From: Toensbergia leucococca
Taxonomy: Eukaryota
Direction of reading: 5' to 3'
Assembly (NCBI GenBank): GCA_022813965.1
Contig: JALDZS010000056.1
Coordinates: 62,001 to 126,000 of the forward strand
Length of the DNA stretch: 64,000 nucleotides
How positions within the stretch are numbered: position 1 is the stretch's first letter; every line of letters starts with the position of its first letter. The notes under the pieces were generated by a model. That model was given only the letters and a program-made list of their open reading frames with translations, was not told the DNA's origin and did not search any database. Position numbers and translations under genes: made by a program. Shown here piece after piece: positions 1 through 10,769 of this stretch.

Positions 1-916
1 CCATTCCGAACGTATTGTCAATGATAAGAGGGATGCCGGCGTCGTGAGCAACTTTGGCGATGGCCGCTACGTCGGGAACGTTGTGTTTTGGGTTGGAAAT
101 AGTCTCAATGTAGACCGCTCTTGTATTCTCGTCGATTGCTTTTGCAATATCGCCAGCGTCATCGCCCTCTACCCATTTCACGCTGATGTGGAACTTCTTC
201 ATATAGACACGGAACTGATTGTAGGTGCCGCCATACAACTTTGACAAAGTCAGTCATCGTAAACTTCTGAACATGGTGATATGACTTCTTCATCAGGGGA
301 ATTCGTTGATGATTGCCGCTTTGCGATGTATAAAGCTGAAAAGCGGCAACGACCAACGAACCCCCTGGTGCTTCTCACGTTGCTTACCCAGCTAGTTGAG
401 ACGAAATTCTGGCCGGGTTCGCAGCAGTTGGTGATGGCCATAAACTGAAAGGAAAGTAGTCAGAAAGGTTGGTACCAAAGCCTAAGGTAGGGGGTCAATT
501 ACCTGTGCAGAATGACCAGATGCAGTAGCAACAGCACCGACTCCTGCCTCTAGCATACTCATCCGCGTCTCAAAGATGGAATTTGTAGGATTCCCCATCC
601 TTGTATACACATAGCTGTGACGATCTTAGAAGCAGCAGCAGCAAACGTTACTCTCACATTCTCTCACATACCCATCTTTGGACCAGGCAAATTTGCTGGC
701 ACCATCGGCTGCATCAGTGAAATTGTAGGCGCATGTCTGGTACAAGGGAACAGCTCGGGCTCCATTGATGGGGTCGGGTTCTTGGCCTCCGTGTAGAGCG
801 ATTGTGGCAAAGGAGGGTTCCCTGTTGGGTACATGTCAGTTAGACTTACACAAGAGAGCTAGTGAGGGTTAGATATCTTACTTTGTGACGTCTTTGAGAG
901 ATCCTGAGACAGTCAT
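1..916 (-). CDS. O-acetylhomoserine/O-acetylserine sulfhydrylase (Met17/CysD-like, Cys/Met metabolism PLP enzyme); 5' part only, runs off the window start
   Basis: Manual splicing from ATG 916 over 4 GT-AG introns gives [44 protein letters not shown]...[41 protein letters not shown]...LYGGTYNQF...VYIETISNP...IIDNTFG, which are typical transsulfuration-family motifs. Confidence 0.92.
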
Positions 917-1404
917 GATGAACAGTTGTTTAAGGTGGATAGTGGAAGGAATTGTCGAATTGAAATTGGAATCGAGTTACATGAGGAAGCATTCTCATGG
1001 AACGGTATATATGCTCTCGGCTTCGAGGAAAGCAAAGCTCCATCATATCCCGTATCGGACTTGAGTAGGCAAAAGCAAGAGCAAGATCAGTTGTCGAGAT
1101 GCGAAATGGAACTTGTTGGTGGGGCACGATTAAAATGTCAGATCCCGGGCCGCGTTTGTGCGAGGACTGGAGTGATCGACATAAGCAAAGCCCGAAGCCC
1201 TATGGATAGCACACGGAGAATAGGGAGAATAGGTAAAAGGCTACAAAGTGGGTAATGTGACGAAATTGTGAATGAAATGAAATGGGATGGAATGGCATGC
1301 TTAGGCTTAGTCGTAGTCATCATGTTGTAATAGTACTGACACCGCCAGCACCTTGCTCAATGATAAGAGCCTATCATAGACGCCATAAAGGGAGGCTCAT
1401 GTCA

Positions 1405-1473
1405 TGAAGTCTGGCCAAAGGTGAAATCTGGCCAAAGGTGAAATCTAGATCAAACCTAGATCGAATCTAGATC
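1405..1473. repeat. Short nested tandem repeats: 17-nt unit TGAARTCTGGCCAAAGG x2, then 11-nt unit RAAYCTAGATC x3
   Basis: Read directly; lies between the TF stop codon and the sulfhydrylase promoter. Confidence 0.85.
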
Positions 1474-1528
1474 CCGCCATATCAATATTCCAGGTCCCGC
1501 TGTTATTCCTTTCCCTGCCATATACACA

Positions 1529-4286
1529 TCAATTTGCGTTTGGGATGGCCAATGCAAGAGCTCTCTCGATTTGTTCTAGAAAAGTCCAAAATGTCAGCCC
1601 CATCCCAATCAATGTACACAGCCGCGCCTCATCTCATCCCGGCGGACTTACCTTTCATGCCACCTAACGCCTCAAAAGCAATCGAGTAATTCTGTAATGC
1701 CCCGACAACGACCTTCAACCCATGGTGAAGTTGACTCAACAAGCTATTTACAAGAGGGTCATTCGGACATTCTGTAAAGTCATTCGCATTCATGGCACGT
1801 GTTTTGTGACACAACATCAGCAATGCGTACGAGCTTTGCATTGCGCAGCACATGTGCCCAGGCATCGATCTAGGCGCCTCAACAATGGAATAAGGAGAAA
1901 GATAGCTGGGGCCCGAATGTTCTATGCCCGTCGGATTTGGGTAAGGTAGAGTCTCAAATGACTGAGCTATGTTCAAAGCGGACTTCAAACAGACTTTGGC
2001 CGAGATTTGGCTGCTGAATGGGAATTTATCGCCAGGGGAGCTCAATTCTGAAACGCTCGAATCCGACGGGTGGGCGCTCGATGATGACGTTACCGATGAT
2101 AAAGTCGAAGACGGTGATAATGAGGATGAGGACGAATATGAAGTATCGGCTGTAGTAGGGCTCGGACGATTGAATAGACTGCTGCATCCACAACTCGACG
2201 GATTACTCGGTTCTTGATGAGGCATTTCCGGTGCCATGCTGCCTTGAGAGCTTGACTTGAGATCGCAGTGTTTCTCCGTGAAGACTGGAACGTCTGAAAA
2301 GGCGCAGTAACGGTGCAATTTAATCCTGGCACTGTAAAATTCATCAGGAAAAGACACTCTAATGCACTTCAATCACAAAGAAATGTCTTACCTATTTAAT
2401 TTGATACGCGCAATACCTTTGAGGCCTGTGGCAACGATGGCCTCAGATGAATCTACCGACATGGTTGAAGGTGATCCAATTACCCAGGTATCTGCCCGGG
2501 CAATGAGAGGCTCAATAATACTATCTAACTCTTGCATTCTTTCGAATACATATGATAGACTCGAATTCGTTTGCAGAGCCTTGTTAAGTTCAATGATGAA
2601 TTGAGTAGCCGCAATGATGGTCTGTTGTGCTTGCAAAAACACCGGCCAGGCCTATAAATTGACATGTCAGTCAAATCTAAGTATTAACAGTATGCTTGAC
2701 CTACATCTGGATCCGATGAAATTGTTGGCCGTTTAGTTGTAAATCTAGGGTCATGGATCGAGATGGTAGGAGGCTAGAAATTGAGCCATCAAGACGTTAA
2801 ACAGCGCCCAATATTAACAATGCTGCGCTCCAAGCTGCAACTAACCGTACAGCTCACTATAGAACCTTGACACACACATATGTACTATGGCGACGTAGAT
2901 CCAATGTCAGCAAAACTCGATACAGCTTTTTGCCATCATATACTAACAGTCATCCACCAAGCTCGGCGTCTTGCCTCGGCGAATCCGTCGTCATCGTCCT
3001 GACTTCCCAGTGAATGGAGACTAATGTTCATGGCAGAAATCAAAGCCTGCCCCGCTCGACTCCTCATTTTTGCAATGTTTCCTCGTTGAGCGTATTCGTA
3101 TATGCTCAGAATTAGGAGCGCAAGAATGCTCTCCAGTTCAATTGGAGCTTTCGGATGGAACGGCTCACGCCCGATTGAAGCTGAACTCCCGCTAAGTGCT
3201 CGAGATGGAGCTGTTGTGGATTCCAATAGTTCCGATTCCACCTCGATACTTTCCAAAGTTGATTGTGCAAAGGATTGCGCATGTTCTCTCCGTAAAAGGA
3301 CCGACTCGGGGGAGGAAGGATCTGGATCACTAGGATGAGGCACCAGAGCTAGGATGGTCGAGATTGCAAGGCTTATTGGTGAAGAGGGTTCATAGTCCGA
3401 GACTATGCTGCTTTCATTGAAAGGTTCCGATGCACCAGCTTCCAGTGGGCGGTCTACTGCCGGTGAAAATATTGGAGGAGGCAAGATAGGAAAATAGGGA
3501 TGAACAAAGACATAATAAGCATCTAGACTGTGACAAGGCATCAGATTGCTGTCATTGAATCAAGCAGTACTCAAGGCGCAACAGAATTTGAGGCCCACGA
3601 TTTGAAAACGGAGGCTTACACATCTCGGTCACTGCCATATAATCGCACAATGGGCTGGAATTGTTCGGATGAAGAATCCGCACTTGTGCTCTCTACACTT
3701 CCCTGGTTCTGTGAATTCTGGTCATAGTGGGCAGTGAAAACGCTATCAAATAGATAATCACTGTCCTGGAAAAAATCGAGATGTCTCAGGCCGGCTCCGG
3801 GGTCGATTAGTAATGGTATTTGAGAGAAGCAAGCTGCAGTCATGTGAGAGAGAGGCGCTGTATATCTTGGAGGACTTGCGACTGACTGTCATTTGGACTT
3901 GGGTCGTACTCGATGGGTTGATTTTCACTCTCAGCCTGCAATTTCTTCTTTCGAGTAACCCGTGGGCCTCCCCGCTTGCTTCGGGTATAGTGACATTCTT
4001 TGCCTTTATTTGAGCACTTTTGACACTCTCATCAGATATGGAGATGGACGCTGTATATACAGCACAGCAAAATCAAGCACGTACGTTAGTGCATACGTCC
4101 TTCCCATCACAACGGACACGCGAGGCACGACTATCAATGACGTCAGAAGCAGGCCTACAACGAGAACCTGACAAGAATGCCTCACCACGCAAGACAGGCG
4201 TTCTTGACAGGTGGAGTGGCAAATTTCTTTCTAGTTGCAGATGGTCTAGGTTTAGAGACCTGGCAATGTTCAGCAGTGGTAGGCAT
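1529..4286 (-). CDS. Zn(II)2Cys6 transcription factor with fungal-specific TF middle domain; multi-exon, apparent 1-nt frameshift near 3970
   Basis: Spliced N-terminus MPTTAEH...NACLACRASRVRCDGKDVCTNCSNKGKECHY (six-Cys cluster over two introns). Downstream exons give LDAYYVFVHPYFPILP, LSIYEYAQRGN, EARRRAWWMT, SARIKLHRYCAFSD and FEALGGM; last exon EQIERALALAIPNAN* ends at 1529. Confidence 0.88.
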
Positions 4287-5149
4287 GAGATGATGTTCCT
4301 TGGATATAGAGCTGGAGGTTGGTGGTGCATGCACGGGTGGGATGAGAAGAGGAAGATGTAGTCGTTATTTGTTTGAGAGAAGTCTTCTCACCTTGACCAA
4401 ACTGAAGCTCTCAATGGCCAGCTAGCCCATGAGCCCCGTGGATGCAGCCTGCAGTGAGGTCCTGATAAGAAGTACTGGTGCTACCATTGACCTTATCTCC
4501 GGATTTCTTTTGCGGGAGCTAGACTTAATCTGTCAAGACCGGCTATTACAGAGAAATCTCTTACCACGTTAGGAACACGGCTACAATACATCGACCAATG
4601 ATAGAAGGGAGAAGCAGACCCTTCATTTCCCTCATCCCAAACTTGATTTGCGGGGCACCGGAAGCACAATTGCCGCTGACGCATGCCAAGCCACAATATC
4701 ACTCGTAAATCGTAACATGACGCCTAAATCGAGATGCGGGTCTCTACAAGACTTGATAGGGCTGGTGGAGAAAGATAGAAGACGCAAAGTACGTCTTCGA
4801 CAAACACGATTTACCTTTGGACTTCGAGCATGGTACTTCTACTTAATCAGCGAGAGGGATTAACGTCCATTCAAGAGGTCTAGACTCTTCGAAACATTGA
4901 TGCTGGCTCAACGCAGAAAATTATGCATATGATAAAGCACTCTGCGTTTCTACTGGAGATTTCGAAGATCATTCACCGTCGATCGCATATTCACCTCGGA
5001 CCCTTTCCCCTCAAAGCCTTCCGCCACAGAAGCTTGTGCTATGGACTCTTCCATCCTGGCTCTCCCAGTATCGAGCACTTTCTAATTCGAATCTCCTGAT
5101 TAAACATCTTCGATCTGATGCGCAGCTCCTGGAGATGAGATGGCTAGTA

Positions 5150-5815
5150 AACACTCACGTGTACTAGCATCATTAACGATACTAAACGCTACCAAGCTGG
5201 CTCTCACACAAGAGTGTGATGAAACATCAATAAGATTATAGATAAAGGTGCGATGAAAAGAATAAACGGGGCTCAGACCACAGAACCAAATTTGTACTGG
5301 AAAAGATTGCATGGCTAGTAGCCATGAGCTGGAAGTCTCCGACGATTTCTCCAGGTGCCTTGGGATCCATCAAAATGGTAAGATGGGGATCGTCACTAGT
5401 CCATTCCAAAATTTCTGCCATTACCCCTAGTAATAGATAAACCCGTTAGGAGGCCAAAAGTGAATGTAGCGCAACAACAGTGGTCAGCCATTCATCCAAA
5501 TTCCCGACTACTCTGTAGTCGATGAAGGCCTCCTGTAGACCGCTTGAAAACATTGTACCGAAAATAATGAAGGCGATCATCACCCACAATAGCACATCAA
5601 AAGTAACAATGATGAAGGAGACGATGACAGAAAACTAGCTTGAAGCAGGCGTTGAGCCAATTATTGTAGAAATCGAAATTAAATAGCCAATTTGGTACCT
5701 CAACCTTGGCCCATATGGGTATTTTCACACCGAAGATAACGGCTAGGAAGGTGTATTGAAGTAGAGGAGAACTCCAACTGGCCGGGTGGCCATCAGGTAT
5801 GCCCATGCCCATCTA
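5150..5815 (-). pseudogene. Degraded gene for a multi-pass fungal hypothetical membrane protein
   Basis: Hydrophobic protein-like segments continue across frames and stops: LQYTFLAVIFGVKIP...VPNWLFNF / IVSFIIVTFDVLLWVMIAFIIFGTMFSSGLQEAFIDYRVV / QYKFGSVV*APFILFIA / TFIYNLID. The resemblance to a family is from memory only. Confidence 0.45.
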
Positions 5816-6430
5816 GCCTATGTGGATCTATACCACGAGTAGAGTACTTGACTGTCGGTTCTAGGTACAGAAGGCTTCTCTGGGAGGTATTTTGGCATCA
5901 TTGATATGCTTTCCTAGGAAGCGACTTCCTGAGGTAGGCTTGCTCTTTAACGGCGACGAGGTAGCATTGCTCCAAGGTAGAGGGATTCTGGGCTCAATAT
6001 TACAAACACAATGGACAGCGAGCAGCACAAACGTTCTGATAATGAGAATAATGAGAAAATACCGCTGGTGAAACAACACGACTGAGGCGGATGATAATAG
6101 TGATTTGCCATTTTGGCTCGATTGTGGCTTTTCAGCTACGTAACACAGAACGCACAGAAAGTACTGTGCCATGGTCATATTTTATGATAATATGGGTAAG
6201 ACTGACGCATTATTGAGTGGGACTGGCACTCTTCTAAGATGGTGACTAGCATAGCCACAGCGCCACCAATGCGGGGGACTCGAAAAGGTGGAGGCACCTA
6301 AGGATGAAAGATGCCTGGTCAACAGTACTAATATTGGGGCGCAATATGAGTTTAATGCACATTGAGAAACGCGTGACTCTGCCTTGCGCCCGTAGACAGC
6401 AGGTCTAGCAAACCATTGGCATGACACGAT

Positions 6431-6500
6431 GTGGGACATGGGATGTGGGATGTGGGACGTGGGAATTGGGACGTGGGAAGTGGGAAGCGGGAAGCGGGAA
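6431..6500 (+). repeat. 7-bp tandem repeat (NYGGGAH)x10, G-quadruplex-capable
   Basis: gtgggac atgggat gtgggat gtgggac gtgggaa ttgggac gtgggaa gtgggaa gcgggaa gcgggaa. Confidence 0.9.
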
Positions 6501-7818
6501 GAGTAACCGACTATTTCAAGCCGAGCCTCATGTTCGGACAATACTCGTGGAAGTCTGCCGGCAGCGGTGGGGTGTGGTGTCGACTGTCGAGGTGGTATTC
6601 TACTGGCATGCATGTGCTACCTTATGTCGTGGTCGAGCGACTGCAGGGGCAAAGGAGGCTTTCTTTATTCTTACACCGTGGAATACTCGTTGGTAGATTG
6701 TGAATCATTTTCCCCTGCCCAATTGCCAAGACGAGGGTGCCAAGCGAAAATGGAACATGGGAAATGGAAAATGGCGGCAATTGGCTTGATTTAGCGAGCA
6801 GCTGAACCTCACAAGGCAAAACGGGGCGTTTGGGGCGTACGGAGGATGCCTAATTCCAGGTACTCTGGAACTTCATTTCCACCACTTACATGGCGTCTGA
6901 CTCCACCCTCCACACACAGAAACACACTCGCGCCAACTCTAGAGAACACTAACCGCCGACCGGTGAGGGTATCTTGTCAGACTCTCGACCAGATACATAC
7001 ACAGATCGTCGTCATGAGAGAAGCCCAAGGCACAACCCCACACTCTACTGGGCCCAACGATGCTCTCTAAATCGTGTGCTTGAGAGTATTGGATGCTTTC
7101 CATGTGACACATCATCAGCCCACCACCGCACCCCGTATTTCAGTCCTTCAGCTTGAACCCACACACTCGGTCCCATCACGCATCTCTCAGGAGAGCCGCT
7201 CGGCATGCATGGGCATGAGCACGAGCCGAAGGACTATCTTTGTATCAGACTACCGCCTACCAATTACCAACATGGCCTCGTGGGAAACGCCCTTGTTTCA
7301 TTAGGGAAGTAGAATGACCGCACGGATGAGTGATGGCAGTCCCAAAAGTCAGCACAAACAATGCCTGCAGGGGCTCCAGCTTATCGATCTGCATGCCTGC
7401 ATGAATCCGGACATTCGCTGAGCCGCTTTTGTGCTTTGGTCCTCGATCGTGCGGCTCTTGGAGAAGATGCATTTCAATGTGGAAGTCACACCGAAGCACC
7501 TCGTACGTTTCCTGGCACTTATAATGGAGGATATGCCCTACGCGAAGCCTTTGACCACAGCCCCAAAAGCATTATCTCATATCCATAACACTCTGTTAAT
7601 CTCTATTCACTTATTCTTGCCCTTGTCCTAGCCAGACCTAGTTCCTTTCTCACTGACAAACTTATAATATCAGCGTGCATACGTCCCATAGAAAATCTAA
7701 TTTGTCGTTCCAGCTACTCGATTCAAGTGTTCCACCCCTTTCAATCTGTTCAGCTTTCTTTGTTTAGTCTATCGTCTTATTATCATCGCCATTGGACCGC
7801 CTACTCGGGACACCAATA

Positions 7819-9666
7819 ATGGGAACCATCCACATGTTTGATGACCTCCCTAGCATTGATTTAGACGAGAGGGAGCCAATGTGGAAAGGTCGCACTTCTG
7901 GGGAGGATTTCGAACTTCTCTGGCATCCTTCTAATACCCATCGCATGTCGAGTGGAATGCCCAATGCCAGTGGTATGAACGTGTTCCCTCAGGATCCAGC
8001 ATATCAGACCATGTCAAACCTGCAACGCTTCTTACACGATCCCGAACATCCATGTATTACCAGTGGCTTGTCCTCGTGGGATACCCGTTACCTGAAATCG
8101 AACGAGGACCCCTATGCAAGTGGACTGCATAAGCCATTCGAACCTTCTAATCCGTGGCCATCTACACTAGGAGTCCCACGCGAAGCTTCTCCAGAGGGCT
8201 TCTGGGGTGGTGAGAGACCAGCCAACGAGCAGGACTCTTGTTCTGGTAGTAGTTCTTGGAGTCCACGGACCAGTGACAGCTACTTTGAGATGAAACTCGG
8301 CTACCCACAGTCCTGTATTGTGTCCCAGTCATACTACCCTGCATGGAATGGAGCTCAAGGTTACGATTCGGACCCATTACATAGTGATTACTCGCCCTGT
8401 TTATCTGGTGGGTCCTCTTACAGCAGTCCGAGGCATGGTACAAGTGTGGCCCTGCGAGACGTACAACAGTATCCAGATACCGACGTTGAACAATCGCCAT
8501 CCCAACCGGAACTCCAACGCTTACATATGGAACACACACGATTTTCAGAATGCCCTGGGCCAATCCAATGCCGAGGAGAGCCAGTAAATTTCATCGACCG
8601 TCATGACCATGTTAATAATACCCCGGTGCACGACTATCCCATAGCTTCGCCAACCATGGAAGAGGACGTCTCCATTGAAGAGAACCCCAAGATGGACGTC
8701 GACTCTGATTATAGCCCAAGCACTGGCGCAAAGCGTAGCAACCGTCGGCGGACCTCCAAGAGTGGATCTTCGTCCAAATCCCCCACCTCCCCTACCAAAT
8801 CTTCCTCTCGTACCTCCACCCGAGTCACCAAGTCCACCAAACCACCCAAAACTCCATCAAAGCCCGGCCCCTCGAACCAATCTCTCACCCCACCAAAGAC
8901 ATCCGCACAGAACAGCACTCCAACGTGCTCCTACTGCGCCCTCACCTTCGCGACTTCATCCGCCCTAGACAAACACGTCAAAGCAAAACACATCCGCCCT
9001 TTCACCTGCAGCTTTCACCTCTACGGCTGCCCTGCTACCTTCGGCTCCAAAAACGAGTGGAAGCGCCACGTCTCCTCCCAGCACCTCCGCCTCGCAATCT
9101 ACAGATGCGACATCGGCGCCTGCGTCCCCCAACAACACCGTCGCAAATCCTCCTCGTCTTCCTTCCCAAAGAAAGCGTCAACTTCTTTAGCTCACACCGG
9201 TGATGCCTGCGTCGGCGCTTCCTACAACGACTTCAACCGCAAAGACCTCTTCATCCAGCACGTGCGCCGCATGCACGGCCCGCATCCCTCGGCCTCCAAA
9301 GCCGACAAAGATGCCTTTGACGTCGACCTCCTCGACTCGGTGCGCGCCAGATGCTGGATGCAGCTACGCGAGGCCCCACCGCGCAGTATCTGCAGCTATT
9401 GCAATAGCCGAAGTGATATTATCGCTGGAGGAGGGAAGAAGGAGGTTGTTTTCGAGGGTGCTGGGGCTTGGGACGAGCGGATGGAACATGTCTCGAGGCA
9501 TCTGGAGAAGGGGGAGAGGGAGGTTGGGGAGGATGTGGGGTTGAGGGAGTGGATGCTTGGGGAGGGGTTGGTGGAATGGGATGGGGAGGGGAGTATTAGG
9601 TTGGTAGGAGGTGGCGGGGCAAGGAAGAGGGGTGGGGATGAGGATGCCGAGGGAGTGGATGAGTAG
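7819..9666 (+). CDS. C2H2 zinc-finger transcription factor (intronless)
   Basis: 624-codon ORF with first ATG at 7819. Fingers CSYC...HVKAKH, CSFHLYGC...FGSKNEWKRHVSSQH, CDIGAC...FNRKDLFIQHVRRMH and CSYC...WDERMEHVSRH; S/P-rich N-terminus. Confidence 0.9.
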   Translation: MGTIHMFDDLPSIDLDEREPMWKGRTSGEDFELLWHPSNTHRMSSGMPNASGMNVFPQDPAYQTMSNLQRFLHDPEHPCITSGLSSWDTRYLKSNEDPYASGLHKPFEPSNPWPSTLGVPREASPEGFWGGERPANEQDSCSGSSSWSPRTSDSYFEMKLGYPQSCIVSQSYYPAWNGAQGYDSDPLHSDYSPCLSGGSSYSSPRHGTSVALRDVQQYPDTDVEQSPSQPELQRLHMEHTRFSECPGPIQCRGEPVNFIDRHDHVNNTPVHDYPIASPTMEEDVSIEENPKMDVDSDYSPSTGAKRSNRRRTSKSGSSSKSPTSPTKSSSRTSTRVTKSTKPPKTPSKPGPSNQSLTPPKTSAQNSTPTCSYCALTFATSSALDKHVKAKHIRPFTCSFHLYGCPATFGSKNEWKRHVSSQHLRLAIYRCDIGACVPQQHRRKSSSSSFPKKASTSLAHTGDACVGASYNDFNRKDLFIQHVRRMHGPHPSASKADKDAFDVDLLDSVRARCWMQLREAPPRSICSYCNSRSDIIAGGGKKEVVFEGAGAWDERMEHVSRHLEKGEREVGEDVGLREWMLGEGLVEWDGEGSIRLVGGGGARKRGGDEDAEGVDE

Positions 9667-9769
9667 GTGGAGTGGTGTGTGTATACCCTTTTGTCGGAGT
9701 CAAGTATTGTGTGGACATGGTTCCACAGGGGAGAGATTGTTTCACGGCCTTTCCGTACTCGAAGCTTCT

Positions 9770-10760
9770 AGTTGTTTTTTTTTTTTTTTTACAAATCTGC
9801 TATTCGTATATATCCTTTAAAGCATACTCTACCCCATCCCGTTTCTTGAATACGAGTACGTACACCAACACCCCCTTTTTCAACACATTGACCACCTCCC
9901 CTCCCTTTTTGCCCAGGGGATCTCCCAGCCATTTTCAGGCACACCATCCCCCACCCGCCAAACTCCTGCCCAATCCCCCACACCACCACTAGCACAGCCC
10001 CTCTCCCCCCGACTTCGTAGAGATCGAGAATCTACTCAAGTAAAAGCGAACGGAGAAGAAGGTTGATATAATCTAATATCATATAATAAAAACCCTAAAA
10101 TGATAACACGCTGGAGCTGGGGCCACAGGGTCGAGATGTTGTGTAAAAAAGGGGGAGGGTTTAATTAGGTAGTCCTGACCTGATATAGATATATCGTGAA
10201 CTCGTTATTCCCTATCTGAGAAGGGGATTACTAGACGGTGTCTTTTCTCATCGCCCTCCCCTTTCTTTCTTCTTTTTTTGGGAATAGAGGGGAGAGAGTG
10301 GGGGGTGATTTTTTTTGGGGGTAGTGGGGCGGGGGGGGGGGCTTGAAACAAAGGGTTATTGTGATGGTGGGGTCGGGGGAAGGGCATGGAGAGAGACGTG
10401 GAAAGAGAAAAAAAGAAACAGTGAGAGTTTGTGGTGTGTGATTTTGGCCATTGCAAAACACACAAAACATATGGCCCTTTTTGAATTCATGCGGTTACAT
10501 CTCGTTATATGGGAAGTCGGATCCCCCCTCAGTGATAAGCCTCAATTTCACAAAACCATCCCCCCCTCCCCTCCGGGAAAAAGTCCCGCTGTGGTAGTAA
10601 ATGCTGCGATTTATGTAATAGAGGAGTTGAAAAGTAAATAGGCTTGAAGCCAGCGTGGATCAAGATTATCGAAACATTTTGAGAGGGAAGAGATTCCTTA
10701 TAGCCAGAAAGCCCCAAGAGTGGAAAAAAAAAAAAAACCCCCCCCCCACAAAACCCTCCC
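9770..10760. repeat. Low-complexity homopolymer-rich spacer (poly-T/A/C/G runs) between convergent genes
   Basis: Long T run at 9775-9790, G run at 10331-10341, A and C runs at 10724-10748. Confidence 0.8.
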
Positions 10761-10769
10761 CATAACCCC

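Noticed and set aside
926..1323. Short ORFs here and the many antisense/overlapping ORFs under 160 aa across the track
   Set aside because: No motifs; mostly shadows of real genes or chance ORFs with non-ATG starts.
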